NCBI GenBank assembly: GCA_000091205.1
Contig: AP006487.2
Length of the DNA: 64,000 nt
Reading direction: 5' to 3' (one strand)
From: Cyanidioschyzon merolae
Taxonomy: Eukaryota
A program made the position numbers and the translations under genes. The notes under the pieces were generated by a model. That model searched no databases. It was given only the letters and a program-made list of their open reading frames with translations, and had not been told where the DNA came from. Shown piece by piece: positions 12,000 through 24,400 of this stretch. Each line of letters starts with the position of its first letter. Within the stretch, counting starts at the first letter, position 1.

Positions 12000-12779
12000 T
12001 TGTTTCGTGCCTTTGAGGGCACCAGAGCAAGTGTTTGTGCAATGAATTCGAGTTTTATAGTTTCCCCTGTGTACAAGAGTTGTAATTTGCGGTGTCGGGC
12101 TCTTTTGCTACGAAATCACTGCGCTTTTGGGTCGAACGTGAGCGGGAGCGTGAACCGCCAGTGCACCCAGTTCTGGCGTGCACCGCAGCGACGTGTCTTG
12201 CGATGCGGCCTGACAGCTACGGATTCTGGTCGGTCAACGCTTCCATCGCCCAAAGTTCGAGAAGAATCTAGCCGGAGGTTCTCAGATCAGGAGATCGCGT
12301 CTGAAACCCCGCTGGTCACCTTGCTCTACGACGGTGAATGCCCGATCTGCATGAAGGAAGTACGCTTCCTACAGTCGCGGGACGCGGGCCGTGGCCGTAT
12401 TGCATTCGTTGACATTACGTCGCCAGACTACGACCCCGCGAAATATGCCGGTATCACGTTTGAGCAGGCAATGGGCCGCATTCACGGTATTCTCCCCGAC
12501 GGCACGGTTGTGAAGAAGGTGGACGTCTTCCGAGCGTGCTACGAAGCAGTTGGCCTCGGCTGGCTTTGGGCAGTGACTAGCGTTCCCCTGGTGAAGAAGT
12601 TGGCGAATGCCGTGTATGACTTTTGGGCGGATCGGCGTCTGCAGTGGACCGGGCGCGGCACGCTCGAAAGCGTACTTGCAGCACGCCGCGGTGCAGCACC
12701 GGCCGCCGATGGGGACGACTGTTCCGAACGCTGCGTGATCGACTGGGGTGAAGATGAAGAGCCGGAGGAAAAGAAATAG
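12000..12779 (+). CDS. DUF393 / DCC-family thiol-disulfide oxidoreductase-like protein with an N-terminal extension of about 100 aa (possible targeting peptide; the true start may be downstream).
   Basis: Conserved LLYDGECPICM...F.D....Y........HG...DG..V.G.....AC..VG block characteristic of DUF393/DCC1-like proteins. Confidence 0.65.
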   Translation: MFRAFEGTRASVCAMNSSFIVSPVYKSCNLRCRALLLRNHCAFGSNVSGSVNRQCTQFWRAPQRRVLRCGLTATDSGRSTLPSPKVREESSRRFSDQEIASETPLVTLLYDGECPICMKEVRFLQSRDAGRGRIAFVDITSPDYDPAKYAGITFEQAMGRIHGILPDGTVVKKVDVFRACYEAVGLGWLWAVTSVPLVKKLANAVYDFWADRRLQWTGRGTLESVLAARRGAAPAADGDDCSERCVIDWGEDEEPEEKK

Positions 12780-13153
12780 TTTTCTTTTCAAAGGATCTGC
12801 GAACCATTGAGGTCATGCATGACGTGAAGCTGCGTTCGTTGCGCGCTGCGAGCACACCGAGCGACGGCGTTGGCGTCGCTTAACGCATTTGCGGACTCGC
12901 GATGCGCGGTTGGTGCCCACATCGAGTGCGTGCCCCAGCGGCGATTTGACCGCACATGTGCCAAGGCTGGTCGAGTAGGGAAGAAGGTTGAAATATTTGG
13001 AACAAATAGATTATTATGGACAAATGTGCATGCATATGCCCAGATTGACGCTGGTTCCTGTTCCCCCATGCTATGTAAAGTTGTCAACACTCGTACGTTT
13101 CTCTTTCCAACAAGGTGCCGCTGTTTCGCAGCGCTTTGTGAGCGTGAGCTCCA

Positions 13154-14887
13154 ATGCACGCGGGGGCTTTTTTGTCGGCACAACCAAGTGGTACGCTGGG
13201 TTACACGGCTAACCTTTGCCAGAGTTCTTTCGGCAAGCACTTGGATGCTCACTCTACGGCGCTCGGAAGCGCTGTACCCGCTTTCCGACGTTCACGTCAC
13301 CGGCGGGGCGCAGGCGCCTTGCTCCTGCGACGCCGGTCGCTCCTCGCCGAGTGCGAGCAGCGTGGCAGACTGCTCAGGTCCGCAGCTACGAAAGGACAGA
13401 GGGACGTCGAAAGGCACACCGCTACAAAGACGCTGGTGCTCACTCGACCGGTCTTTTACTCGAGGTGTCCTCAGCACCACAAGGCGTTCGAGAGACCAAT
13501 AGCACGCTGGATGCAGGCAGCTTCGCTGTCGAGAACAGGCGGAACAGCGCGTGCCTCGGTGCCAAGCTTCCCGACGGCGCTGCGCCACATTGCGAACACT
13601 CTCCAGGAACCGCTTCAGTACACAGACTTTGTTGCAGTGGAGCGCGCGCGTCGGCATGTCGAGGCGCTGCTGCGGGGCGGGCCCCAGAACCTACCGGCTT
13701 TTGAGTTTCTGGCACCTGTCTCCGAGGAAGCGCCGCAAAATGCTCGCGGGCCGCGGAACCGCGCAGCGCCGTCGCGCTATCCCTCGCGAAGCCCGGGCGG
13801 TGTTGCACCACCCCATCGCTACTATGAGTTACGCTTGCGGCCACCGGGTGAAGAGATCGTTCTGCGGTCTAGCGATTATAAGGAGCGATGCTGTGGGCGC
13901 ATGGGCGAGGAATGCCTCGCTAGCCAAGACTCGAATGGTGTCCAGTCATCGAGCGGCTCTTGCGAGCGCGAAGGGACTGCGTTTATTCGAGTTCCAGGGG
14001 TTGTAGATTGGACGGCGAAAGGCGCTCTCGAGAAATGGTTTGCACGAGCATCTCGTTGGCAACTGTTTGACGACGGCACCTTTGCTACCACCCAACGGCC
14101 GGTGATTGAGCTTTCCCATCGCGAGGAGTCGGCAGCAGCCGCACCGTTCGCTGAGCCAGTCGTTGGATTCCGGATACATGATCGCCAATGGAGCCGCTAC
14201 CTCTGCAACCATCCACGCGTCATCGCGATCGGTGACGTACATGGCTGTATCACAGAGCTGCAGGACCTACTCCGCGTCTGCGACTATCGACCTGGCGACG
14301 AGTTGATTCTGCTCGGAGACCTGGTAGCAAAGGGCCCCGATTCGCAAGCCGTCGTGCAAATGGCCCGTGAAATCGGTGCTCGGGCCGTGAGAGGCAACCA
14401 CGACCACGAGGTCATTCGTTGTCGGGAAGCAATGATGCGAGGCCACGATCCCAGCTACGCCTCCGTCGATCATCAGCGTATCGCGCGGCAACTGAGCCAA
14501 CAGGAGCACGAATGGTTGCGGAGCTGCCCCTGGTACATCCGCTCAGAGGATCTGGAAACGGTCTTTGTTCACGCCGGATTCCAGCCGGATGTGCCTTTCG
14601 AGGAACAGCTGCCTCGCCACATGATGAATCTGCGTTCTGTGCTCGAAAACGGTGCTCCAAGCGCTCGCCACTCGAATGGCATGGCTTGGGCGCGCCTCTG
14701 GAAAGGTCCGCTTCGTGTTGTATTTGGACATGACGCATACATGGGCCTCCAGCTCTGGGACAAGTGCATCGGCCTGGATACCGGATGCGTGTATGGTGGT
14801 AGACTCACAGCGCTGCTTTTGCCCGAAAATCGCCTGATATCTGTCCCTGCACGAAAGATGTACGTTGCTCCACGCAAACGAGGATGA
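13154..14887 (+). CDS. ApaH-like / bacterial-type PPP-family metallophosphoesterase (Ser/Thr phosphatase or diadenosine-tetraphosphatase-like). The catalytic domain is roughly 14200-14884; the long N-terminal region is unassigned and the start is uncertain.
   Basis: IAIGDVHGC (nt 14222-14248), LGDLVAKGPDS, RGNHD, VFVHAGF and VFGHDA are the GDxHG-GDxxDRG-GNH[DE] calcineurin-like phosphoesterase signatures. The GDLV..GPDS form resembles ApaH/ALPH-type enzymes. Confidence 0.65.
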   Translation: MHAGAFLSAQPSGTLGYTANLCQSSFGKHLDAHSTALGSAVPAFRRSRHRRGAGALLLRRRSLLAECEQRGRLLRSAATKGQRDVERHTATKTLVLTRPVFYSRCPQHHKAFERPIARWMQAASLSRTGGTARASVPSFPTALRHIANTLQEPLQYTDFVAVERARRHVEALLRGGPQNLPAFEFLAPVSEEAPQNARGPRNRAAPSRYPSRSPGGVAPPHRYYELRLRPPGEEIVLRSSDYKERCCGRMGEECLASQDSNGVQSSSGSCEREGTAFIRVPGVVDWTAKGALEKWFARASRWQLFDDGTFATTQRPVIELSHREESAAAAPFAEPVVGFRIHDRQWSRYLCNHPRVIAIGDVHGCITELQDLLRVCDYRPGDELILLGDLVAKGPDSQAVVQMAREIGARAVRGNHDHEVIRCREAMMRGHDPSYASVDHQRIARQLSQQEHEWLRSCPWYIRSEDLETVFVHAGFQPDVPFEEQLPRHMMNLRSVLENGAPSARHSNGMAWARLWKGPLRVVFGHDAYMGLQLWDKCIGLDTGCVYGGRLTALLLPENRLISVPARKMYVAPRKRG

Positions 14888-15539
14888 TCATTGCGCACCA
14901 GAACGGACAAGGGATCGAGCGAGACGCGCCTGTGCAGTGCGCTGCTGATCTTGGGTCTGCGAAAAGATGCCAATGCGACTTGGCGTTGGCGAGATATGTA
15001 TCGAGCATTCGCCACACGAAGCTTGCGCATGTATCCCGGGTATTCGATCTGGAGATTGAATCCATGCAGAGAACTGATAAGTGCTCGCACATCGAGGCTG
15101 TGGATCGCACGAAAGCGCCCTTCCACGAAGGACATCACGAGCGCTTTCCGTTGTATATCGACGGACTCGGTCTAGATCCAGAGACGTTGCATTGACCCCA
15201 TTCTGCTCATGAAATTCATGGAGAGCAATGATGTTACGCGCGCGCCTCGACGTGGACGGCAACGATGCAAGCATTGCTCCAGCGGCGACAGCGCACTGGT
15301 CTCTCGCTCGTGTCCGTCGTGAAGGCGCATTGCAATGGATATGTGCGAGAGCAACATACGATCTTTACCCGGCAATCATTCGGGAAGCTGCTGCAACAGC
15401 AATGATCCCCGTGGAGAACCCGAATACATACCATCACCTCTATTCTCGTATTCGCAAAACTCCTGGATACGCGTTGAAAAAGTGTGTGCGTTTGTACCGG
15501 AAATCAATGCATCCCGCACATAAACTGCCGCACAAATGT

Positions 15540-16064
15540 TTAAGCTTCTGTTTCCGCCGGCTCATCGGCTGACTCCTGTTCGCTCGGCTTGCGAAAGTCC
15601 ACCATAACCAGGATTTCTGCGAGGATGATGAGAGCGAAACTTACCCAACTCAGAGCCGCTGGTGTATTCACGTACGAATCGCTGGACCCCACAAGACTCT
15701 TGTAGCGTGCCACGCCCACGCTCATGACCACTGCGAATGCCAAATACCACAAGATGAAGAAACCGTTCACAACGAGTTCTATATAGAGAATTTCCTTCTC
15801 CAGCATAGAGGTAAACAAGCTCAAGATCAGCGCTATATCGAGGAACAAGTACCCGACAAAGCCGATAACACCAGCCGCTATGCCCCACTGGCAGAAGCTC
15901 AAAGAAGTTTCATCGCTGCTCAGGGCACAAATCTTGATACCGAAGACGGAACGGTATAGCTTTGCTGCAATAACCGCAAAAATCGTCAAACTAAACACCC
16001 ACACCACAAAATAGAGAAAACACCTCACCAGCCCCAATGGGCGCGAAGCTGCTTTCGTTGCCAT
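15540..16064 (-). CDS. Small 4-TM membrane protein (MARVEL / synaptogyrin-physin-like topology) with an acidic C-terminal tail.
   Basis: MATKAAS... is followed by four hydrophobic segments of about 20 aa. I chose the internal Met at 16064 because the upstream part of the ORF lacks coding character. Confidence 0.4.
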   Translation of the reverse strand: MATKAASRPLGLVRCFLYFVVWVFSLTIFAVIAAKLYRSVFGIKICALSSDETSLSFCQWGIAAGVIGFVGYLFLDIALILSLFTSMLEKEILYIELVVNGFFILWYLAFAVVMSVGVARYKSLVGSSDSYVNTPAALSWVSFALIILAEILVMVDFRKPSEQESADEPAETEA

Positions 16065-19000
16065 ATCGTTCTCAGTTTTCCGCTGTTCTCGTATCCACTC
16101 GAACGTGCCTGTGTACGACGCCGCGTGCACAACGCAAAGATTGTATACGCACGCTGCGTGCATGCTGAGTCATCGACGCTCAGCGCGCGCACGCCTGTCA
16201 CGTCGAGCAGCGCGGCGGCGGCGAACACCAGGGCCACGTGGCCGCATGTCTAGGCGAGATGAGGGACGGAGTCGGGGCCGAGGGTTCCTGTGACACGGAC
16301 ACGTCACAGGGGGATGCGTCACGGCATGGACAGCACCCGACCCGAGATGTTGAGATACCTGATCGGGAGCGCGCGTCGACGTGCCCGCTCGAGCTGCATC
16401 GTTCCCGAACAGCATGCTCGTGATTGCCTACATGAATAGGCAGTGCCGCTGCTGACGTAAAACTGGGCGTTGAGGTCGCCTGCGTCAGGGCGCGCCAGTC
16501 GGTGAGTCAGTCAGTGCGGCGACGACGCTGGCGCTGAGGTCAGCGAGTCGTGCTTTATGGGGATATGGTTAGCGAGGGCCCTTGTACTGCCTTTTTGCGC
16601 TGGACGTGTGCGTGGTGTTCGCTGGGGAAGTATTCCGAGTGCCAGCAGCTGCCGGACGGAGGTATTTGTACGGGTTCAGAAAGAATCTTGAATCTGTGCC
16701 AAGCACAAGTTGTGGGTGCGCGTTTACTGCCTGGGTCCGACGCTTCCTCGGTAGGGACGGTTTTGCTCGTGAGCGATCGGTAGCAGTCTGGAAGCCCGTG
16801 AACAGCAGATTCGCGGGAACGACTCCCACCGAGGATCGTTCGCGCTCCAGCGAATGGGGATTGTTAAGGAAATCGTTGCCTCTGGCGCCCGAATCATCGG
16901 CTTGTGGGCCGTTCTTTTTTGGTCCAGCGCCTGAATACCGCTGCCTCGCAGTGAAGCGTCACTGGTGTTCCCGTCCCGAGTCGCCACGAAGATATCGTTG
17001 TCGACATTGCGTGTCGCAGACGGCTTGAGCTAGACTCGTACCCGTATCCAATGTTGTACAAGGGAATGCAGCTAGCGCTCTTGCTTCTTTCCGCCAGATT
17101 TGGGATACTTGTATGCCGTGCTTGTCGCTGTTGTGCGGCGGACCGGCCCTCGCCTCATCGACTGCGAATTGCTCGGAAGCTTCCGTAGCCGACATGCGCT
17201 TTTGGCTAGCACCGCCGCACCTCCAAGCACATGTGTCTGTGCGACCTGGGGGATCCTGCAGAAAAAGCCGCGCAAGCGACAGACGCCACGGAGTCTCATG
17301 GCTCAACCCGTGTCTCCGTTGAAATCGAATATGCATGGGAGGCCCGGATGCACGACCAGTATTCGTGAGGAACGAGCGCGCAAGCGAACGTTTTTATGTT
17401 TTCAAATGCTTGCCGCCACCTGGTATAGACATGGCAGACTTTCCGTCGGCTGCTATCTACGGGCACGGGCTTAGCGCATCACACGGATGCAAGATGCATT
17501 GCTCGCGGCTTGTCCAACCGAGACAACGCTTGCGGTTTCCGTTGTACGTGACGTGTCTCTGAACGCTCCCTCCAGTAGTGATTGGTAAACGCTCGCGTCC
17601 TCCTAGCGCTTACGATACCGACCAGCACACACACCACACCAGGTTAAGGCGAGTTCATGGTTCGCGCATGCCGTCCGGGCGAGCGTGACCTCGTCCGTTT
17701 CATTCGTTCCCGCTGCGTTCCCAAACGAAAGCTGTATCCGCTCGCCGATGTACACGACAAATCCATGGATGCACATGGGACGACTCTGGTCGGAACCGCA
17801 AATCTCTCGCGATGGACGGCAACTTCGGCGACGCCTTTCCGCATCCCGCATGGTTCCATCAACGCCTTGAGAGCCAAGTCCCCGCGCTTTTCGCATTGTA
17901 TCGGGCACACAGTTACTCGCCCGCTAGATAACTGGTTTGTTTCATGGATGTTTCGACAATATCGAGAGCCAGTCCTTTTTGTATAGAACATGAATGAAGA
18001 ACTCGAGACCGATGAGTGAGAAAATCCCGATCCAGGCACCACGCTTCAGCACATCGATCGTTTCTGGAGTGTACGATGCCGATGAGCCACTCGCGTCACG
18101 AGAGCTCGAGCCCTCAGCGCTCGTTCCAGCTCGCCGGAAGAGCAAGTTTTTCAGGAACGTCGACGCGGAGCGATCGCTCTCGGCGTTACGCTGCTCTGCG
18201 GTACTGCGTCGTATGTCGCCGTCTGGTGGTGCAACGAACGGCAGTGGCGTCCCTAGTCCGGGGCGGACGTTTTGAGTGAGACGGCGCCCTGCCGCGCGAT
18301 TGCTGCCACGCTTTCCACCGCCACCGCCACCTTTTCGGGCGTAAACGTTCCAGCCGTGGGCGCTGGCAGGTGCCGTCTCGCCGACAGCGCCTGTGTGTCG
18401 AGTGCGGACGTACCGGTGCCGGTCGAGCACGCCCTGCCCAATGAACAAGGTCCTCTTGTTTTCTGAATGCATTACACTCCAAAACTGCACCGCAGGTCCC
18501 GTTCTTGCGGTTAAACTTCACGAACACGGCTCGCACAGCACCACGTCAGTTGCGACTCGTCTGGTACGCAACGTTGAAGCGCCAATAGCGTCGCCCACGA
18601 GACACACAGGCTTGTTTGCGCGTGTCTCTGATTGCACCAAACTCGCTTTGCAACGCTCTCCCAAGCTAGGGCACCCCAAAAAGAACCTTTGTCGCAGCAC
18701 AAACAACCCGGTGCACACCAATCATTGACCTCAAGCGGCCAGTGCGCAGCCGACTCTCGACCGGCCCCGTCTCAAGCAAAGTCCTGAACAATACCCGTAT
18801 GTTTTTGATGCGCAATGGATCGCGTGCCAATCCGCTAGCATTGACCAAAAGACCAGATTCCACGTTGAAAGAACGATGCCGCTCGCCGACGCCCTCTGTA
18901 GTGCGGCAAACCGGGTCTGTCTCCATACCGCATTCGCACCAGCGTCATGGGCGCTATCGCGGACGATCAGGGCAGGCACTCGGCGCACGATAGAACCTAC

Positions 19001-19492
19001 GGAACGACCGGGACATCCGAACGGAAGTACAATTCATGGAACGTGAATGTAGGGTGCACGATGATGATGATGATGATGACGACCAACACTGTCCCGATGG
19101 GCAATACGCATCCCGGAAACTAGGATCCATGGTCCATGGAAACGTTCCGTGTCCATCAGGGAAATCGCCTTGCTCCGCCAGCGTGATCATCAATGTCCAT
19201 ACTATTCCAATAAAGTTCCATATGATGCTGCCTGCCCATGCGCATCGATGTCGCCAATTGCGATCCCGGCCTGCGCCGGCCTCGACGCCCGCCAGCCTGT
19301 GTCCTATCATCGATTCAGCGTCGGGCGCAGCGGGACTCCTGCGATCATCGGCTGGCGCGTTCGTCCACGTGTGCCTAGCGTACGCCACTGGCAGAGCGTC
19401 CGGGAACGTTCACGTGTTTTCCTGGGGCGCAGGTCAGTTGACTCTAGTTTGCGTGTGTAAGCGAAGCCTCAATACATTGTATCCTCTGTTTC

Positions 19493-21463
19493 ATGTCCTT
19501 AAACAAGGAGTTGCGCAGCATCAAAAAGGCTGGCTCCCAGGAGACCTCGACTGAATCTGCGGTCTACGTGTGCGGGTACTCGATGGAGCCCATCTTGAGG
19601 CGCCCCTTCCCCGACGAGAACGTTCCACTGCACACGCTCTACGACATGTTCCTACGTGGTTGTCGGAAAAGCGGGGACGCTGCGCACTGTCTAGGGTATA
19701 GAAATAAGCAGCGGTCTGGGAACTACGACTGGTTGACCTATGGGCAAGTTCGAGAGCAGGCGGTTGCCGTAGGTGACGCGCTCGTGCGCGAGCTCCGTCT
19801 CCAGCGTGGTGACCGCGTCGGGATCTACGCGAAGAACTGCAAAGAATGGATGATCGTGCTTTTGGCTTGCTCAAGTCGGGGTTTGGTTCCAGTTCCCGTC
19901 TATGATAGTTTAGGCGCCAACTCAGCCGCTTATGTTATTGAGCATTCTGGTATGCAGGTGCTGTTCACCTCGGAGGAGAACCTCGAGCGGGCACGCAGTG
20001 CCGTCGGTTCTCGTGAGGTGCAGCTGATTGTGCTGGACGCTTACAAGCCTATGGATTCTTTGATGACGTTCCAGGACTTGCTCGAGAAGGGAAGTGCCGA
20101 GCATGCTCCGCCTGATTCAACTGAGAGCGACGATGATGAACTGATGGTTATCATGTACACCAGCGGCACGACAGGAACGCCGAAGGGCGTGATGCTCAAG
20201 AACGAAGCGTTGCTGGCGGAGGTCGCCGCACTGCAGCGGGCGACCGATGCCTTCCAGATCCCGATCGGCCCTGGTGATGTGCTGTTGTCGTATTTGCCAC
20301 TTGCCCATATTTTCGCTCAGGCAGCGGAGACTCTTTGGCTCGTATCGGGTGCATCGATCGCGTATTATGGGGGTGATGTGAAGCATCTCGTCGAAGATAT
20401 TATGGACGTGAAGCCGACGGTATTTATCGGAGTTCCCAGAGTTTTCGCTCGATTCTACGAGCAAGTCCAAAGTACGATAGCGGAACGTGGCTTGGTCGCG
20501 CGAACGCTCTTTCGCATAGCGTATTCGATGCAGTCGGCGAACGTTCGCGCGGGAACGCGCAGTCGGATTTGGGACCGCTTACTTTTCGAAAAGATACGCG
20601 AGAGACTATTTCCACGTGTTCGATTCTTTTTCTCGGGTGCAGCTCCGCTTGCTGAGCATTTGAATATCTTCATGCGGACGGTGTTCTGTGCGCCAATGCT
20701 CCAGGGCTACGGCATGACGGAGACGACTGCAGGCGCGTTTGTGGGCTCGCCGACCGACCGACCCGATAGTGTGGGTGGCGTCATGGCTTGCTTTGAATTC
20801 AAGCTCGTTGACGTACCCGAAATGAAGTACACACATCGTGACAAGCCCTGTCCACGCGGGGAACTGTGGCTCAAGGGGCCAGCCCTCACATGTGGCTACT
20901 ACAAGAATGAGCAAGCCACCAAGGAGGCGTTCCCCAATGATGACGGCTGGATGGCCACTGGTGATATCGGTCGCCTTAATCGCGACGGAACGCTTTCAAT
21001 TATCGATCGCAAGAAGAACATTTTCAAGTTAGCGCAAGGTGAATACGTGGCCGTTGAAGCGCTCGAGTCCGAGTATCAAAAAGCGAAAGGTATTGGACAA
21101 ATCTGGGTATATGGGAACTCTATGAAAAGCTCACTCGTGGCGGTGGTGGTTCCCGACCCCGGCTACCTGCGTCGACAGGGCCTCATTGCGGAGACCGGGC
21201 AGCTGACCCAGCTCTCGCCATCTACACGGGAGAAAATCAAGCAACAGCTTTTGAAAGAACTGCAGGCCCAGGCCAAAGCATCAAATCTCAAGGGCTACGA
21301 GTACGTGAAAGCGATCCACCTGGAGACGGATTTGAATGATCTCAATCAAGGATTTACGATTGAAAACGACTGCCTCACACCCACGATGAAGTTGAAGCGC
21401 CCCCAACTGTTGGAACGTTATCGTAAGACGATTGACCAGCTTTACAAACAACTCGGGGAATGA
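19493..21463 (+). CDS. Long-chain acyl-CoA synthetase (AMP-binding superfamily)
   Basis: AMP-binding motif MYTSGTTGTPKGV, then GYGMTET and GW..TGDIG...DG...IIDRKK..FKL.QGEYV. This is the LACS/ACSL family architecture, 656 aa, single exon. Confidence 0.9.
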   Translation: MSLNKELRSIKKAGSQETSTESAVYVCGYSMEPILRRPFPDENVPLHTLYDMFLRGCRKSGDAAHCLGYRNKQRSGNYDWLTYGQVREQAVAVGDALVRELRLQRGDRVGIYAKNCKEWMIVLLACSSRGLVPVPVYDSLGANSAAYVIEHSGMQVLFTSEENLERARSAVGSREVQLIVLDAYKPMDSLMTFQDLLEKGSAEHAPPDSTESDDDELMVIMYTSGTTGTPKGVMLKNEALLAEVAALQRATDAFQIPIGPGDVLLSYLPLAHIFAQAAETLWLVSGASIAYYGGDVKHLVEDIMDVKPTVFIGVPRVFARFYEQVQSTIAERGLVARTLFRIAYSMQSANVRAGTRSRIWDRLLFEKIRERLFPRVRFFFSGAAPLAEHLNIFMRTVFCAPMLQGYGMTETTAGAFVGSPTDRPDSVGGVMACFEFKLVDVPEMKYTHRDKPCPRGELWLKGPALTCGYYKNEQATKEAFPNDDGWMATGDIGRLNRDGTLSIIDRKKNIFKLAQGEYVAVEALESEYQKAKGIGQIWVYGNSMKSSLVAVVVPDPGYLRRQGLIAETGQLTQLSPSTREKIKQQLLKELQAQAKASNLKGYEYVKAIHLETDLNDLNQGFTIENDCLTPTMKLKRPQLLERYRKTIDQLYKQLGE

Positions 21464-24400
21464 GCGAAGACCGGATACGCCTCGCGCGTGATGCCCACTG
21501 CAATGAACGCTGGAAAATCTGTACCTGGACGATGTTTTTGTTTTTCTTCGTTTGTCTCGCAGATGTTCCATAACACGAGGTTTGTATCCTATCGATTGGT
21601 GAAAGGTGGCGGTAATTCGCTATCTCATAACTTGTTGCTTGCGAAGAACGGCCTCAATTGAACAAGTCCATTGTTCTACAATCAGCAGGAGGACACCTTG
21701 CTCTGCTCCGAGTGCGTGTCCTGGGCATTGTCGTGCACCCAAAACAGAGCTTGTCGAACGCTATCTCCACAACCGCCTGTTCGTCCATGCTCTCCTCTCT
21801 AAGCGTGTTCCAGGGAACACGAAGAACACAACCCACAGGAGATGAGTTCTCTGCTCCACTAGAGAGAACGGCGATGCAGAGACACGAATGAACGAAGAAG
21901 AAAGCGCGCTTGTACGCTGGACAAGTCGTGCACTGAACAACGCATGACCGAATTCGCAGTGAATCGTGGATACGTATAACAGGGGGCACGGGTGCATTCG
22001 TTTCACTCGAGGGCAGGTGATTCGGGAGAAATCATAGTACTACGTATGGGTACGCTTTTGATACCCGTATACCGTAATTCGTAAAGAGTTGACAATGGAG
22101 AATGGCGACAACAACAGCCGCCCGAGCTACGATGCTGTCGTGCGGTCGCAAGTACATCGCTGAGCGAACAGGAGCGTCCATTTGCTCATCGTTCGTCGAA
22201 TCACGCCTTGTGGCATCTGCTTCTCGCATGCTTCTGAACCGCGCCTAGACAACGTCGGTTTCTATCATTCAAAAGCGGCGAAAGCGTAAGCGATGAATCT
22301 TGGTATTGGGTTGCGCTTCGGGTTCGTCTGTTCTCCCAGGTTCGATTGACTCGAGGGCGTCCTCTCTCGAATCAAACGCCAAATTTACGCTGACAGATCA
22401 GGTGACGAGATGCTCGCTTCTGTAATCCACACGTTCTTCGACACATCGTTTTCGATATGTACCAGTCCGGATCTGCTGTGTTGACTCTCTGCTTGTGCGA
22501 TACCGGGAGCGACAAGGTATGCTTCTGCCTGGGGGTTTTCTCGCATCGGGGAAAGTGACGAAAAACTGTTTGAGAATTCGTCGATACATACTTAAAGCAT
22601 GCGGTTCGCGCTATCCCCGTCTACCCAGTGTAAATACAAGTGTGTGCACGTCTGTGGATCTCGGAGAAACAAACGAATGTGGCGTACCATCACCACATCC
22701 AAGCCGCACAGCCAAACAGCGGAGAACAAGACGGAACTGCACGGCAATGAAGAGCAAGATGCTCCCGACGGGCGGACGTGTAGGGCCAGGAGCGAAAGAG
22801 GCATCTGGAGCGGACACATCTCTCTGAAACCGTTGCCAAGGCCTCCATCCTTGAGCAAATCGACAAGCCGAGTCTTGCGTAAAGTGAGATGCTGGATACC
22901 AATGGGGATCGCTTGGTTTCCTACACGAGGACGGCTCGCCGCTTTCCCCTCGCGCTGACACACCTCGTGAAGCATCTCTTCACACAAGTGCCGAACGCTA
23001 TGCCACCAGCTGTCCACGTTTCTTCGGTACTCTTTCGATGAAATCATCGTCCGACAACAAGGGTCATGTCCGGGATAGACGGCACAGTGCTGTCTGATTG
23101 TAGGATCAGGGATTTGCACATCCGCTTCTCAGCGTACTTTGGCGTGTCGCCGCTACCCGTCGGCGATCGGAGCAACTACAGCGTATATCGAAAAAGCATC
23201 AAAAAACGTCGAAAACCAATACCCTAGACGGGTCAATGTCGAGCGCTTCCTGAATCGTCCTCTGGAGGTCTAGTATCCGAACTTCCTTGGCCGGCAAAAG
23301 CGCGGATTTATAGAAGGGATGCATCGCTTTCGAGTGCCGATCAACGTCCAGATGACTCTCGCGGACAACTTATGGCAGGAGTCCACGGGATTGCGTTGAA
23401 ATCGCCACCGGTTACATCCGTACGCAGCCCAGAATCGTGCATGAGCCAACTCGCTCAAAGCGAAGGAAAAAGGTAAATCAATCGAACGTCGTGCGATTTC
23501 CTGGTAACCGCTGGCGGTGACCCCGCTGGTTCATGCAAACGCTGCACACCTGCTCCTTTGAGTGAAGCGTACACGCGATGCAGAAATTGATTCTATACGA
23601 TTTCCGTTGATGCGTTCAGGATGCTATTGTCGCATCACGAGCACGGGTGTATGCTGAAACGTGAAGAGAAGAAGAGCGCGAAACGAATCCCTATCCACTA
23701 GATGCTGGGCGTGAAGCTGACCGCCGACCTTCAGATGACGAGTATATCAAAAGTCAGATGCTCGTCATGGTGTGCTGCTACCAGCAACCACGCACTCGCA
23801 AGCACTCTCTGCACAGAGACCTGAGAACGTCTCGATGCACATTCGGAAATGTCTTGTGCTGCCTAATCCGCCATCGGCCTCGTGTCGGGGCGAACGTTCA
23901 CGGGCATCGGTCAGGACTCGGTATGCGCATTGCGTTGAAACACGGACTACTTACGATGAAAAAATCAGTGGTCAATGGAGCATAACTGGATGCTCGCTTG
24001 GAGCCACGCATTGATGCGGTACCGTTCAGCAATCCAGTGTGCCTCGAGCACCGTATCCATGCACGTCGAACGACCTTTCCGGACGAGCGTTGAACGATGA
24101 TACCAGTTCATTCTTCGATATCGCTGGATTCCTGACTCCAAGACCTTAACTGGAAATCGGGTGCTTCGTGTCGTCGACCAAGGGATCGGCTCGTTAGCCA
24201 TTTCGCCTTGGCGCTCCCGGCACGCTTCAGCGAGTCCAGAGACGGGGCAACGCGAACCGGATGTCTCGCAGAGTAGCTGCGATTATTGGCGCGTCCCATT
24301 TCAAGTGCATGATGCTCCAACTTTCATAATACGCTGTGACGGACACATCGATGCAGCCGATTACCAACGGATTCGTAGACCTGTTGATGACGATTTTGAT

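Noticed and set aside
19036-19554. 172-aa ORF with a poly-Asp run
   Set aside because: The poly-D comes from a (GAT)n run and there are no other protein features. It overlaps the 5' flank of the acyl-CoA synthetase gene.
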